The notes: generated by a model not told the origin, from the letters alone. A DNA stretch of 33,468 nt from Fidelibacterota bacterium (GCA_046861395.1 JBHHUC010000022.1:1-33468), one strand, 5' to 3'. Shown: positions 1 to 9,543, counted from the first letter of the stretch. Made by a program: numbers and translations.

Positions 1-275
1 TGGGAGCGATCTATTCTTATTTGATGACTTTAAAACCAATTAAAAACGACGTTGAGATTTACCCTTTGAAATGATCATTTAACCCTGATCTATGATACAT
101 TTCAGTTAAAACAAAAGTGGTATTACATCCCCGTTAGTATTGCACAATTGTAGGATTAACACTGACACTGTGCAGCCGCCAATGGCTTGCCGAAGGGGGC
201 ACCACCATCATTTTTCGAGCCATTCCCGCTTACAATACAGGATAATCCACCTCATTTATCCCGGTTGATAAGCAT

Positions 276-304
276 TTGACTTTCGCCGGATTTGGCATTA
301 ATCT
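276..304 (+). promoter_or_regulatory. Putative sigma-70 promoter for the Omp85-family gene
   Basis: TTGACT (276-281), 17-nt spacer, TAATCT (299-304), about 40 nt upstream of ATG 344. Confidence 0.4.
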
Positions 305-343
305 TCCCCGGAACAGAGCCCTGTTTTGAACGTAGTGAAATCA

Positions 344-3300
344 ATGAAAAAAGCAATCCTATTTCTTTGTCTGGCTGTCCAGATCGTCCTGCCCCAGAAT
401 TTCGGGCAGAACAAGGTACAGTATCGGGATTTTGACTGGGAGTTCATCAAATCCCCCCATTTTGATATATATTATTACAATGATTCCTACGATCTGGCCA
501 CTTTTACCGCCGATGTGGCGGAAGAGGCCTACGAACAGGTTTCCAAACATTTACGGTGGATTTTACGCAAACCGGTGTCCATTATTGTCTATGATTCGCA
601 CAACGATTTCCAGCAGACCAATGTGACCTGGAGTTATATGTCGGAAGGCATCGGCGGCGTTACCGAACTGTTCAAGAACCGTGTCGTTCTGCCGTTCGAA
701 GGCAATTATGAGCAATTCCGGCATGTCATTCACCATGAATTGGTTCACGCCATCATCAATGACATGGTCTATGGCGGGAGTATCCAGAGTATCATTTCCG
801 GCCGGCAGCGTTTGCAGATTCCCCTCTGGGCCAATGAAGGACTGGCGGAATACCTGTCGGAAAACTGGGACACCAAGGCCGACATGATCATTCGGGACAT
901 TGCCATCAATGAATATATTCCCAGCATCATGGATTTGAATTATTACATGGCCTATAAAGGCGGACAATCGGTGTGGCGCTACATTGCCGAAACCTACGGT
1001 CGGGAAAAGGTGGGTGAAATATTCATCGCCATGAAAAAGACCCAGAACGCCCGGAAAGGCTTTAAACAGGCCCTGGGAATGGACTTCGAGGATTTGACCG
1101 AAAAATGGCATAAATATCTGAAAAAGGAATACTGGCCCGATATCGCCGGCCGCGAGGAACTGGATGACATTGCCAAGCGGCTCACGGACCATAAGAAAAA
1201 ACGGAATTATTACAATATTTCTCCTGCCATTTCGCCGGACGGCAGTAAAATCGCCATCCTCACCGATCGTTCCGGCTATGCCGATATCTATCTGATCGAT
1301 GCTATTACGGGAAAGGAAATCCGGCGGCTGGTCAAGGGAAATCGATCCATCAATTTCGAAGAATTGAAATGGCTACAGCCGGGCATTTCCTGGTCACCGG
1401 ACGGGAAACAGATCGTCCTGGCGGCCAAGTCAGGAAAACAGGACGCCCTCCATATCGTCGATGTGGAAACGGGAGAGTCCCGCAGCATTCCCCTGTCTCT
1501 GGACGGGATTTTCACCGCCTCCTGGCATCCGGACGGGACCTTGCTGGCCTTCGTCGGCAATAAGGGACCGGCCAGTGATATTTATACCTATAACCTAAAA
1601 ACGAAAGAATTGAAAAATCTGACCCGTGACCTATTTTCCGATTCGGAGCCGGTCTGGAGTCCGGACGGAAAACGAATTGCCTTCGTATCTGATCGCGGTC
1701 CCTATACCGACGGCGTGCGGCATGAGGAGACGGGCGAAAAATTTGACGGTACCATGTCCCGCCACCATTACGGACAGAGTGACATTTATATCCTGGATCT
1801 TGAAAGCAATGCAATTGAACGGGTGACCCGTACCGAATACAGTGAAAATTATCCGGTCTGGGCCCATACCCGCGACCTGCTGTTTTATACGGCTGACTAT
1901 AACGGAATCTGGAATTTACAGCGCTATGATTTTGCCACCAACAGCGCTCAGGTGGTCACAAATGTATTGACCGGTCTGCAGCAGTTGAGTCTGTCGCAGG
2001 ATGATAATGTCCTGGTCTTTGCCGGCTATGCCAATGCGGGGTGGGATATTTATTCCCTGTCCAATCCCGTCCGGCTTTCCCCTCAGGAAGTCGTGCCTTC
2101 CCAGTTCATTCTGAAAAAGGGTTTGATCGACAATTCTATTGTGGATTTACGCCAGGATCAAAAGTGGAATGTAAACAGCCGATCCAAGGGGGACTATTCG
2201 CAATATGTATTTTCGCCGCACTACCAGCGTTATAATGAAGGGTACCGGGAACAGAATTTGGAAGAAAATACGCTGGAAAAGGATACAACCCGGAGTTCCC
2301 GGGATTATGTGCCGGAACCCTATAAGACCCGGTTCACTCTGGATATGGTCAGTGGCAATCTGTCCATCAGCACCCTGTTCGGCGCCCAGGGAATGACCTA
2401 CTTCGCCTGGAGTGACATCATGGGTGACCATCAGATCACTTTCGGCACAGAAATGGTTCTGACGCTGGAGAACAGCGATTATTATTTGTCCTATGCCTAT
2501 TTAAAGCATCGCCCTAATTATTTTTTCACAGCCTTTCAGACCGCCGACTTTTTCAGCGATGGTTACGGCGGGATTGCCCGCCTGCGCCATTATGGTGTGG
2601 CGGTGAGTGTATCCGTGCCCTTTAACCGTTTCACCCGTTTCGATGTGGGATTCTCGCATCATACCATCGGTTATCAGCAATGGGCCCAGAATCCTTTTAC
2701 AGGTGAATTTCAAATCATCAGCAAGGATGGTTTTTCGGCACTACTGCCGTCGGCCAGCCTGGTATTTGACAATTCCATCTATGGCTACACCGGCCCAGTG
2801 GATGGGACCCGCCAGGATTTCTCCGTCACCATGAGTCCGAATATCAATAAAAAGGGTGTGGAATTCAAAACGCTGACCTGGGATTATCGTCAATATTGGC
2901 GCCTGTGGCGGGACTACACTTTCGCCGTTCGGTTCATGGTGGGCCGTAGTATCGGTGAAACGCCGCAGAAATTTTTCCTGGGTGGTGTGCCCTACTGGCT
3001 CTTCGGTCGCGGCGAAACCGAAGGGGAGAAAGATGACAGCCAGTACCGTCGTGTCATTCTGGATTCGGACAGTGAAACGTTGTTGGAAGATATTTATTTT
3101 TCCCGCTATGCCACACCGGTGCGGGGCATGCGTTACGCCGAACGGTCCGGTACCAATGTCTTTCTGACAAACCTGGAATTCCGGTTTCCCTTCATCAATT
3201 ATCTGGCTCTGGGATTTCCCTTCAAAGCCATTTTCGGCAATATCCGCGGCCATGCCTTTTTCGATATTGGTGCAGCCTGGGATGATCCGGAAGAATTCAG

Positions 3301-3493
3301 CAATAATCAATTACTGCAACAGAAATATGGGACCATTTCACCGCAGGCTACGCCAACCGTTCGAGGTTTTGGCTTAGGGATGAAAATCAATATGGGGTAT
3401 TTCCTTTTGCGTATCGATACGGCCTGGGATGTGAACCCCGGAGGCGGATATTCCCGTCCCCAATATTATTTTTCTCTGGGCCCCGATTTTTAG
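344..3493 (+). CDS. Outer-membrane Omp85/BamA-family protein with N-terminal gluzincin (peptidase MA-like) domain and TolB-like PD40 beta-propeller
   Basis: Signal-like MKKAILFLCLAVQIVLPQ from ATG 344 (ORF track starts at TTG 326); HELVH plus WANEGLAEY zinc motif; repeated SPDG/WSPDG/WHPDG propeller motifs; C-terminal barrel with VRGMRY loop-6-like motif, FFDIGAAW and terminal YFSLGPDF. Confidence 0.85.
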   Translation: MKKAILFLCLAVQIVLPQNFGQNKVQYRDFDWEFIKSPHFDIYYYNDSYDLATFTADVAEEAYEQVSKHLRWILRKPVSIIVYDSHNDFQQTNVTWSYMSEGIGGVTELFKNRVVLPFEGNYEQFRHVIHHELVHAIINDMVYGGSIQSIISGRQRLQIPLWANEGLAEYLSENWDTKADMIIRDIAINEYIPSIMDLNYYMAYKGGQSVWRYIAETYGREKVGEIFIAMKKTQNARKGFKQALGMDFEDLTEKWHKYLKKEYWPDIAGREELDDIAKRLTDHKKKRNYYNISPAISPDGSKIAILTDRSGYADIYLIDAITGKEIRRLVKGNRSINFEELKWLQPGISWSPDGKQIVLAAKSGKQDALHIVDVETGESRSIPLSLDGIFTASWHPDGTLLAFVGNKGPASDIYTYNLKTKELKNLTRDLFSDSEPVWSPDGKRIAFVSDRGPYTDGVRHEETGEKFDGTMSRHHYGQSDIYILDLESNAIERVTRTEYSENYPVWAHTRDLLFYTADYNGIWNLQRYDFATNSAQVVTNVLTGLQQLSLSQDDNVLVFAGYANAGWDIYSLSNPVRLSPQEVVPSQFILKKGLIDNSIVDLRQDQKWNVNSRSKGDYSQYVFSPHYQRYNEGYREQNLEENTLEKDTTRSSRDYVPEPYKTRFTLDMVSGNLSISTLFGAQGMTYFAWSDIMGDHQITFGTEMVLTLENSDYYLSYAYLKHRPNYFFTAFQTADFFSDGYGGIARLRHYGVAVSVSVPFNRFTRFDVGFSHHTIGYQQWAQNPFTGEFQIISKDGFSALLPSASLVFDNSIYGYTGPVDGTRQDFSVTMSPNINKKGVEFKTLTWDYRQYWRLWRDYTFAVRFMVGRSIGETPQKFFLGGVPYWLFGRGETEGEKDDSQYRRVILDSDSETLLEDIYFSRYATPVRGMRYAERSGTNVFLTNLEFRFPFINYLALGFPFKAIFGNIRGHAFFDIGAAWDDPEEFSNNQLLQQKYGTISPQATPTVRGFGLGMKINMGYFLLRIDTAWDVNPGGGYSRPQYYFSLGPDF

Positions 3494-3561
3494 CTTCCGT
3501 CTCTTTCCCTGGTTTTTATTCTTTAATGCCATGAGACCACCGGTTAATTTCCGGTCAGCTC

Positions 3562-4911
3562 ATGTCTAAAAAGCAATCCAAAACAGCCTTTTTATGTTCG
3601 GCTTGTGGGAATGATTTTCCCAAATGGTACGGGCAATGTCCCGCCTGCCAGGAATGGGGAACCCTGGGAGAATTCACGGTGGCGGCGTCGCCCGGAACCC
3701 GCCAGACCCGCAGCACGGGGGGAAAGCCCATCCAATCTCTGTCGGATACCAAAGTCAGTCGCCGTCTGGCCACCGGCATTGCCGAAGCGGACCGGGTATT
3801 GGGTGGCGGTTTATTGCCCGGATCGGTTATATTGCTGGGCGGCAATCCGGGAATCGGAAAATCCACGCTGGCCTTACAGTTGCTGGGGAATCTCGTGGAA
3901 CCCGGTCTCTACGTTTCCGCCGAAGAAAGCATGGATCAGGTGGCCCTGAGGGCGCGCCGGTTGGGTTTATCGGATAAACCTCTGAGCATTTCCGACGAAA
4001 ATAATATTTATACCGTTATGGAAACAGCCCGGAAACACCGGGCCAAAATTGTGGTCATCGACTCAATCCAGACTGTATTCTCCGAACAATCGGACAGCTT
4101 GCCCGGTTCCATTGCCCAGATTCGCGAATGTGCTCAGGCCGCATTGCAACTGGCAAAGCAGGACGGTGTAGTGGTAATCATTATCGGTCATGTGACCAAG
4201 GAAGGTGTCATTGCCGGACCGCGCATGCTGGAACATATGGTGGATACGGTTCTTTATTTGGAAGGTGATCAGAAATATGATTACCGAATTCTCCGGGCCG
4301 TGAAAAACCGTTTCGGCGCCACCCACGAAGTAGGTGTATTTACCATGGCCGGTGATGGCTTGCATGAAGTGGAAAATCCCAGTGAACTCTTCCTGGCGGA
4401 ACGATCACAGGGGATTGCCGGCACAACCATTTATCCTTCCCTGGAGGGAACCCGCCCCATCATGATTGAAGTCCAGGCCCTGGTTTCACCAGCCAATTTC
4501 GGAACGCCGCAGCGCAATGTGAACGGCATGGATTATCGTCGTTTGGCCATGTTACTGGCCGTGCTGGAAAAACGAATGAACCTGCCCATGGGAACCCGTG
4601 ATGTTTTCATCAATCTGGTAGGAGGGTTGCGCGTGGACGATCCGGCCATGGACCTGGCTGTATTCACGGCCATTGCTTCCAGCGCACTGGATAAACCGGT
4701 CCATGATAATTGTATTCTGTTGGGTGAAGTCGGACTGGCGGGAGAAGTGCGCTCCGTGCATCATCTGGAGCAACGATTACAGGAAGCCGAAGCGTTGGGT
4801 TTTGAACAGGCCATCCTACCGGCAGCCGCCCGTCAGAAGGCCGGACGCTTTGCTTTGAAACAACATTATATTCGCTATGTGCGTGATCTCCTTCCCCTGG
4901 CCCTGGAATAA
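3562..4911 (+). CDS. radA: DNA repair protein RadA/Sms
   Basis: C4 zinc finger CSAC..CPAC, Walker A GNPGIGKS, KNRFG motif, Lon-like C-terminal domain (GEVGLAGEVR). Confidence 0.97.
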   Translation: MSKKQSKTAFLCSACGNDFPKWYGQCPACQEWGTLGEFTVAASPGTRQTRSTGGKPIQSLSDTKVSRRLATGIAEADRVLGGGLLPGSVILLGGNPGIGKSTLALQLLGNLVEPGLYVSAEESMDQVALRARRLGLSDKPLSISDENNIYTVMETARKHRAKIVVIDSIQTVFSEQSDSLPGSIAQIRECAQAALQLAKQDGVVVIIIGHVTKEGVIAGPRMLEHMVDTVLYLEGDQKYDYRILRAVKNRFGATHEVGVFTMAGDGLHEVENPSELFLAERSQGIAGTTIYPSLEGTRPIMIEVQALVSPANFGTPQRNVNGMDYRRLAMLLAVLEKRMNLPMGTRDVFINLVGGLRVDDPAMDLAVFTAIASSALDKPVHDNCILLGEVGLAGEVRSVHHLEQRLQEAEALGFEQAILPAAARQKAGRFALKQHYIRYVRDLLPLALE

Positions 4912-6035
4912 TGCAATTCACTATCACAAAAACGGATAAACGATCCTCGGCCCGCAGCGGAGTTTTGACCACCAGCCACGGCACAATTCATACACCGGCC
5001 TTCATGCCAGTAGGAACCTATGGCGCCGTCAAAACCCTTACTCCGAATGAGATCCGGCAGACGGGCAGTGAAATCATTCTGGGGAACACTTACCATCTCT
5101 ACCTCCGGCCGGGAACCGCCATCATCGAACAGGCCGCCGGGCTTCATGCCTTCAATGGATGGTCCGGCCCGATTCTCACCGACAGCGGCGGCTTCCAGGT
5201 CTTCTCGCTGGCTCGGCTCAATACGATTGACGATGATGGTGTGACATTCCAATCTCATCTGGACGGGGCCAGCCATCGGCTCACACCGGAAATTTCCATG
5301 GCCATCCAGCGCAGCTTGGGATCGGATATCATCATGGCCTTTGATGAATGTCCGCCAGGCCAGGCCGACGTGGAGGTTGTATCGGCTGCCGTCAGACGCA
5401 CGGCGAAATGGATAAAACGATGTTTCACCTATTTACAAACCAATGATCCCTTGTATGCGTCCGACCAGACGTTATTCCCCATCATTCAGGGTGGGATTTT
5501 TCCCGAATTGCGGGCACAAAGTCTGGACACTCTTCTTCCCTATGCGACCTGCGGCATGGCCATCGGCGGACTGGCTGTGGGAGAAGAAAAATCCGCCATG
5601 TTTGACATCCTGGAATTTCTTGATGATCGTATTCCGCGGGAACACCCGCGTTACCTCATGGGCGTCGGGAAACCCACCGATATTATCCGGGCCGTCCGCA
5701 GCGGCGTGGACATGTTCGACTGTGTTCTGCCAACCCGAAATGCACGGAACGGACAGGTGTTGACATCCCGGGGCAAAATCAATCTGCGCAACGCAAAATG
5801 GAAAAACGATTTCTCACCCGTGGATCCCGATTGTTCCTGTCTGTTATGCCAAGACTTTACCAAAGCCTATGTGAGTCATCTTTTCCGCGTCAATGAAATT
5901 CTGGGGTTGCGCCTGGCAACCCTCCACAATATTACGTTCTATCAGGGAATGATGCGGATCATCCGGGAAAAAATTGCAGCGGGAACCTTCCTGGATTGGG
6001 CCGAAGCAGCCCTGCTGAATTGGGGAGACATGTAA
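4911..6035 (+). CDS. tgt: tRNA-guanine(34) transglycosylase (bacterial preQ1 type)
   Basis: TPAFMPVGT, DSGGFQ, DEC, GGLAVGE, DMFDCVLPTR, zinc site CSCLLC..H; TAATG overlap with radA. Confidence 0.97.
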   Translation: MQFTITKTDKRSSARSGVLTTSHGTIHTPAFMPVGTYGAVKTLTPNEIRQTGSEIILGNTYHLYLRPGTAIIEQAAGLHAFNGWSGPILTDSGGFQVFSLARLNTIDDDGVTFQSHLDGASHRLTPEISMAIQRSLGSDIIMAFDECPPGQADVEVVSAAVRRTAKWIKRCFTYLQTNDPLYASDQTLFPIIQGGIFPELRAQSLDTLLPYATCGMAIGGLAVGEEKSAMFDILEFLDDRIPREHPRYLMGVGKPTDIIRAVRSGVDMFDCVLPTRNARNGQVLTSRGKINLRNAKWKNDFSPVDPDCSCLLCQDFTKAYVSHLFRVNEILGLRLATLHNITFYQGMMRIIREKIAAGTFLDWAEAALLNWGDM

Positions 6036-6514
6036 TGTCCAAAATCAAGGTACGGGTGGTGGATGCCTATGTTTTCCGGAAAACCGGGGACGGAATCAGG
6101 TTTTTACTGCTCAAGCGCGCCAAAACAAAAATCTATGAACATCTCTGGCAGGGTGTGGCCGGCAAAATCGAAGCGGGCGAGCAGGCCTGGGAGGCGGCGG
6201 TTCGCGAATTGAAGGAGGAAACGGGGCTGGAACCGGTTCTGCTTTTTGTCGCTGATCATGTGAGTAAATTCTACGAAGCCCATCAGGACCGGATCAATCT
6301 GGTCCCTGTATTCGGCATTCAGGTGGATTCGGAACATGTGATTCTGTCAGAAGAACATTGTGATTTTCGCTGGGTATCATTTCAGGAAGCCCGGAAGACG
6401 CTAGTTTGGTCGGGACAGAAAAAAGGTCTGTCGGCGGTTTATGACATGGCCCAATCAGGGGATGACCGGATGCGATGGTCGCAAATAAACACCTACAAGA
6501 CCAGGGAGGACTAA
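6035..6514 (+). CDS. NUDIX hydrolase, NudB (dihydroneopterin triphosphate diphosphatase)-like
   Basis: Start ATG 6035 overlaps tgt stop (TAATG); Nudix box GKIEAGEQAWEAAVRELKEETGL; WQGVAG and EH..FRW motifs resemble NudB. Confidence 0.8.
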   Translation: MSKIKVRVVDAYVFRKTGDGIRFLLLKRAKTKIYEHLWQGVAGKIEAGEQAWEAAVRELKEETGLEPVLLFVADHVSKFYEAHQDRINLVPVFGIQVDSEHVILSEEHCDFRWVSFQEARKTLVWSGQKKGLSAVYDMAQSGDDRMRWSQINTYKTRED

Positions 6515-6975
6515 TGCTGGAAATTGGAAGCAAGGCGCCGGACTTCACGTTGCCGGATGCCTATGAGCGCGAGGTTACCCTCCGCGATTTCAGAGATAGG
6601 AAATTAATCATCTGGTTCTTTCCCAAGGCCAGCACGCCGGGCTGAACGGTGGAAGGCCAGGGATTCCGGGATGAATTCCAACATTTTGAAAAGGCGGGAA
6701 TCGCCATTATAGGGGTGAGTGCCGACCCACCCCAGCGTCAGAAGAAATTCACGGAAAAATACGGTTTTCCCTTTCCTCTCCTTTGTGATGAGGAGAAAAC
6801 CATGCTAAAAGACTATGGTGCCTGGGGAAAGAAAAAGCTGTACGGACGGGAATATGAAGGCATCCATCGTATTTCATATATCATTGATGAACAGGGACTT
6901 GTGGAAAAAGTCTATCCCAAGGTAAAGACCAAAACCCATGCCCAGGACATTTTGAACGATCTGGGGTTGATGTAA
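6514..6975 (+). CDS. bcp: Peroxiredoxin BCP/PrxQ, probable selenoprotein (Sec at codon 44, in-frame TGA 6643-6645)
   Basis: ATG 6514 (TAATG overlap, GGAGGA upstream) reads MLEIGSKAPDFTLPD...WFFPKASTPG-TGA-TVEGQGFRDEF, continuous with the 6649..6975 ORF (GVSAD, YGAWG, HRISYII); the TGA replaces the C of PxxxTxxC. Confidence 0.88.
6660..6679 (+). promoter_or_regulatory. Candidate bacterial SECIS stem-loop
   Basis: GGGATTC-CGGGAT-GAATTCC, a 7-bp stem (one G-U pair) with a G-containing loop starting 21 nt after the TGA. Confidence 0.55.
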
Positions 6976-6979
6976 GACC

Positions 6980-7002
6980 GGAATCGGTCAGGCGACCGAT
7001 CC
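6980..7002. terminator. Hairpin between convergent bcp and response-regulator genes
   Basis: ATCGGTC-AGGC-GACCGAT inverted repeat in the 28-nt gap between convergent stops; U-tracts are weak. Confidence 0.45.
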
Positions 7003-7003
7003 T

Positions 7004-8356
7004 TCAAAAAGGCTTTTCCAGTCCTAACTCCTTTATTTTCCTGGAGAGATTGGGTTGGTGCATGCCCAGGTGATTTGCCACGGCGCTGATGTTCCAGTTA
7101 AACCGCTTTAATTGTTCCCTTAGAAAATAGCGCTCAAATTCCATCCGGGCTTCTTTGAAGGTCCCGGCCCGGAGAAAAGCCAGGTCGGTTGTTCCCTCTA
7201 TAGCGGGGAAATGCGGAGCTAAATCAGAGGCGGTAATGACATCGTCCGGAACGAGGATGCAGAGACGCTCGATAATATTTTTTAATTCCCGCACATTCCC
7301 GGGAAATTCATAGCCGGAAATAAGTGTCATGGCATCGGGAGCCAGTGTCTTCTCCCGAATTTTAAGTTCGCGGGCGTAATGGTGGAGAAAATGTTGTACC
7401 AGAATTGGAATATCGCCGGTCCGTTCCCGTAACGGGGGCAGGGTGATGGGAATGACATTCAAGCGAAAAAACAAATCCTCCCGAAAACGTCCTTCTTGGA
7501 TTTGTGCTTCCAGATCCTTGTGGGTTGCAGCCAGAATCCGGGTATCAATGGCCAATGTCTTGTTTCCCCCCACCCGCTCAAAGGTTCCTTCCTGGATGAC
7601 GCGCAGAATTTTGGCCTGCACCGTCATATCCATGTCACCAATTTCATCCAGGAATAAGGTCCCGCGGTGGGCCAGCTCCAGTTTGCCAATTTTTCGCGCA
7701 TCGGCGCCGGTGAAGGCGCCTTTTTCATGTCCGAATAATTCACTCTCAACCAATTCATTGGGAATGGCGGCGGAATTAAACCGAATAAAGGGAGCATCCC
7801 GGCGCTGACTTTGCCGGTGAATGGCATAGGCCACCAATTCCTTGCCCGTACCGCTTTCACCGCGGATCAGGACTTTAGCTTCAGTTGGCGCGATCCGGGT
7901 GATCATATCCTTGATCCGGTTCAGTTCCGGTGAATTACCGATAAGGCGGTAACGATCGGAAAGGGCAGCCTGATCAGTTTGGACGGTGGCCTTCAAACGA
8001 ATTTTTTCCCGGATATTTCGGACAGCAGTAAGAATCTTTTCCAAGGCCAGTGGTTTTTCCAGAAAATCGTAGGCACCTAGTTTTACGGCCCGGACGGCCG
8101 TTTCAATTCCCGAATGCCCGGAGATCATCAGAACATCCAGGTCCGTGTTGGTCTTGCGGATTTCACGGAACATATCCACGCCGTTCATATTCGGCAACCG
8201 AACATCTAGAATGACGAAATCCACCGTTTCGTCTGCCAGAATTTTCAATCCCATCTCCGCCGATTCGGCCAGAAAAACTTGGTGACCCTCATCCTGGAGG
8301 ATGTCCCGCAATGTCAGACGGATATTTCGCTCATCATCTACCACTAAAATATTCAT
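7004..8356 (-). CDS. Sigma-54-dependent response regulator (NtrC/NtrX family)
   Basis: Receiver domain (VVDDE, LDVRLP), GESGTGKE, ESELFGHEKGAFTGA, LFLDEIGD, FREDLFFRLNV, C-terminal Fis-type HTH. Confidence 0.93.
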   Translation of the reverse strand: MNILVVDDERNIRLTLRDILQDEGHQVFLAESAEMGLKILADETVDFVILDVRLPNMNGVDMFREIRKTNTDLDVLMISGHSGIETAVRAVKLGAYDFLEKPLALEKILTAVRNIREKIRLKATVQTDQAALSDRYRLIGNSPELNRIKDMITRIAPTEAKVLIRGESGTGKELVAYAIHRQSQRRDAPFIRFNSAAIPNELVESELFGHEKGAFTGADARKIGKLELAHRGTLFLDEIGDMDMTVQAKILRVIQEGTFERVGGNKTLAIDTRILAATHKDLEAQIQEGRFREDLFFRLNVIPITLPPLRERTGDIPILVQHFLHHYARELKIREKTLAPDAMTLISGYEFPGNVRELKNIIERLCILVPDDVITASDLAPHFPAIEGTTDLAFLRAGTFKEARMEFERYFLREQLKRFNWNISAVANHLGMHQPNLSRKIKELGLEKPF

Positions 8357-9543
8357 TACTCATTCCGCTTTTTCAGGGGAAATGTAAGGGTAAACTCTGT
8401 TCCTTTGCCAACCGTACTTGCGACGCTAATAGTGCCGTCGTGATTTTCGACGATACGACGCACAATGGCCAGTCCCAGTCCAGTTCCCTTTTCCCGTCGG
8501 GTGAAATAGGGATCAAATATTTTGTCAATATTTTCCGGCGGTATTCCCTTCCCGTCGTCGGCAATTTTAATGATCCAATGTTGCTTTACATTCACGGTGA
8601 TGGTAATGGTTGTGGCGCCGGACTGGATGGCATTTTGCAACACATTGGTATAAACCTGTTTCAACAGTGTCTGATCGCCGTGGAAAGCTGGTAACGACTC
8701 CCCGGCGGTTACTGCAATCCGGGTCATATCCCGGTACGGTTCAATGAGTGACAGGATATGTTCCCGAAAATCAAAATCCCGCGGCTGAGTCTGGGGTAGG
8801 CGGGCGAACTGGGAAAATTCCGTGGCCAGGGATTGAAGATTGTCAATTTCATCATGCAGGACCGCCGCCACCCGTTGGAAGACAGTCGCCAGATCGTCGG
8901 CCTGATCGGTATATTTGCGCTCCAGGCGTTCCAGCGAAAGGCGCATGGGTGTCAGGGGATTTTTGATTTCATGGGCCAGGACGCGGGCCATGTCGCGCCA
9001 GGCCGCCTCTTTTTCAGCCTGGATGAGTCGCTCTCGGCTGCGTTTCAATTCTCGGGTCATATTGTTAAAGGAAAGAATCAAATCATTCAACGGTGAAAAC
9101 CGGCTTTCTTTCACCTGAATCTCCCAGTTTCCCCGCCGTAATGAATCGGTGGCGGCCTGTAACCGCTGCAGGGGACGAGTAATGAGATTAAAACTGATGA
9201 AGAACAGAATCAACACTACCAGGGATAGAAAGGTAAAAATGAAAGAGGAATAGACGTGCAATTCGTCCTTGAAGATTTTCCGGAGTAAATGGGATTGCTT
9301 TTCGGTGGATAGGATATCCTCAATGTCACGGCGAAAACGGAGACGGGTGCTGTCGGGCAGTTGCTGGGAATAACGCTGATGCAAATTGCTGATCTGGGTT
9401 TCGACATTCAGGCGCGTCACTTGCTGTGAATATTCGGCAAAACTATCCAGGAAATAATTCCGGTAAAACAGGACAGAATTCACGAGAAAGAACAGGACCA
9501 GCAGAATAATTTGTGTCCGGAAAGATGGAATTGGAAATTTCAT
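8356..9543 (-). CDS. Membrane HAMP-domain sensor histidine kinase (NtrY-like)
   Basis: Two TM segments, HAMP domain, AWRDMARVLAHEIKNPLTP H-box, N/G1/F/G2 boxes (DDGKGI, GTGLGL). Confidence 0.92.
   Translation of the reverse strand: MKFPIPSFRTQIILLVLFFLVNSVLFYRNYFLDSFAEYSQQVTRLNVETQISNLHQRYSQQLPDSTRLRFRRDIEDILSTEKQSHLLRKIFKDELHVYSSFIFTFLSLVVLILFFISFNLITRPLQRLQAATDSLRRGNWEIQVKESRFSPLNDLILSFNNMTRELKRSRERLIQAEKEAAWRDMARVLAHEIKNPLTPMRLSLERLERKYTDQADDLATVFQRVAAVLHDEIDNLQSLATEFSQFARLPQTQPRDFDFREHILSLIEPYRDMTRIAVTAGESLPAFHGDQTLLKQVYTNVLQNAIQSGATTITITVNVKQHWIIKIADDGKGIPPENIDKIFDPYFTRREKGTGLGLAIVRRIVENHDGTISVASTVGKGTEFTLTFPLKKRNE

Noticed and set aside
1..275. AT-rich 5' region as a small gene or structured RNA
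   Set aside because: Only very short ORFs, and no convincing stem set or recognisable RNA motif
293..307. TGGCATTAATCTTCC as a sigma-54 promoter
   Set aside because: The -12 element is TTCC (lacks the conserved G), and a sigma-70-like arrangement explains the same bases
1220..1900. Recurrent CCGGACGG motifs as a DNA repeat or CRISPR
   Set aside because: They encode the SPDG/HPDG turns of the beta-propeller blades, so the repeat is at the protein level
6643..6645. Genome-wide TGA reassignment (genetic code 4 or 25) as the explanation of the in-frame TGA
   Set aside because: Many genes here end in TGA at their expected C-termini (e.g. 24459, 25154, 28180, 31246), and no other gene shows an internal TGA
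6649..6975. 108-aa ORF starting at GTG 6649 as a stand-alone gene
   Set aside because: It lacks the BCP N-terminus and catalytic residue; it is the 3' part of the gene starting at 6514
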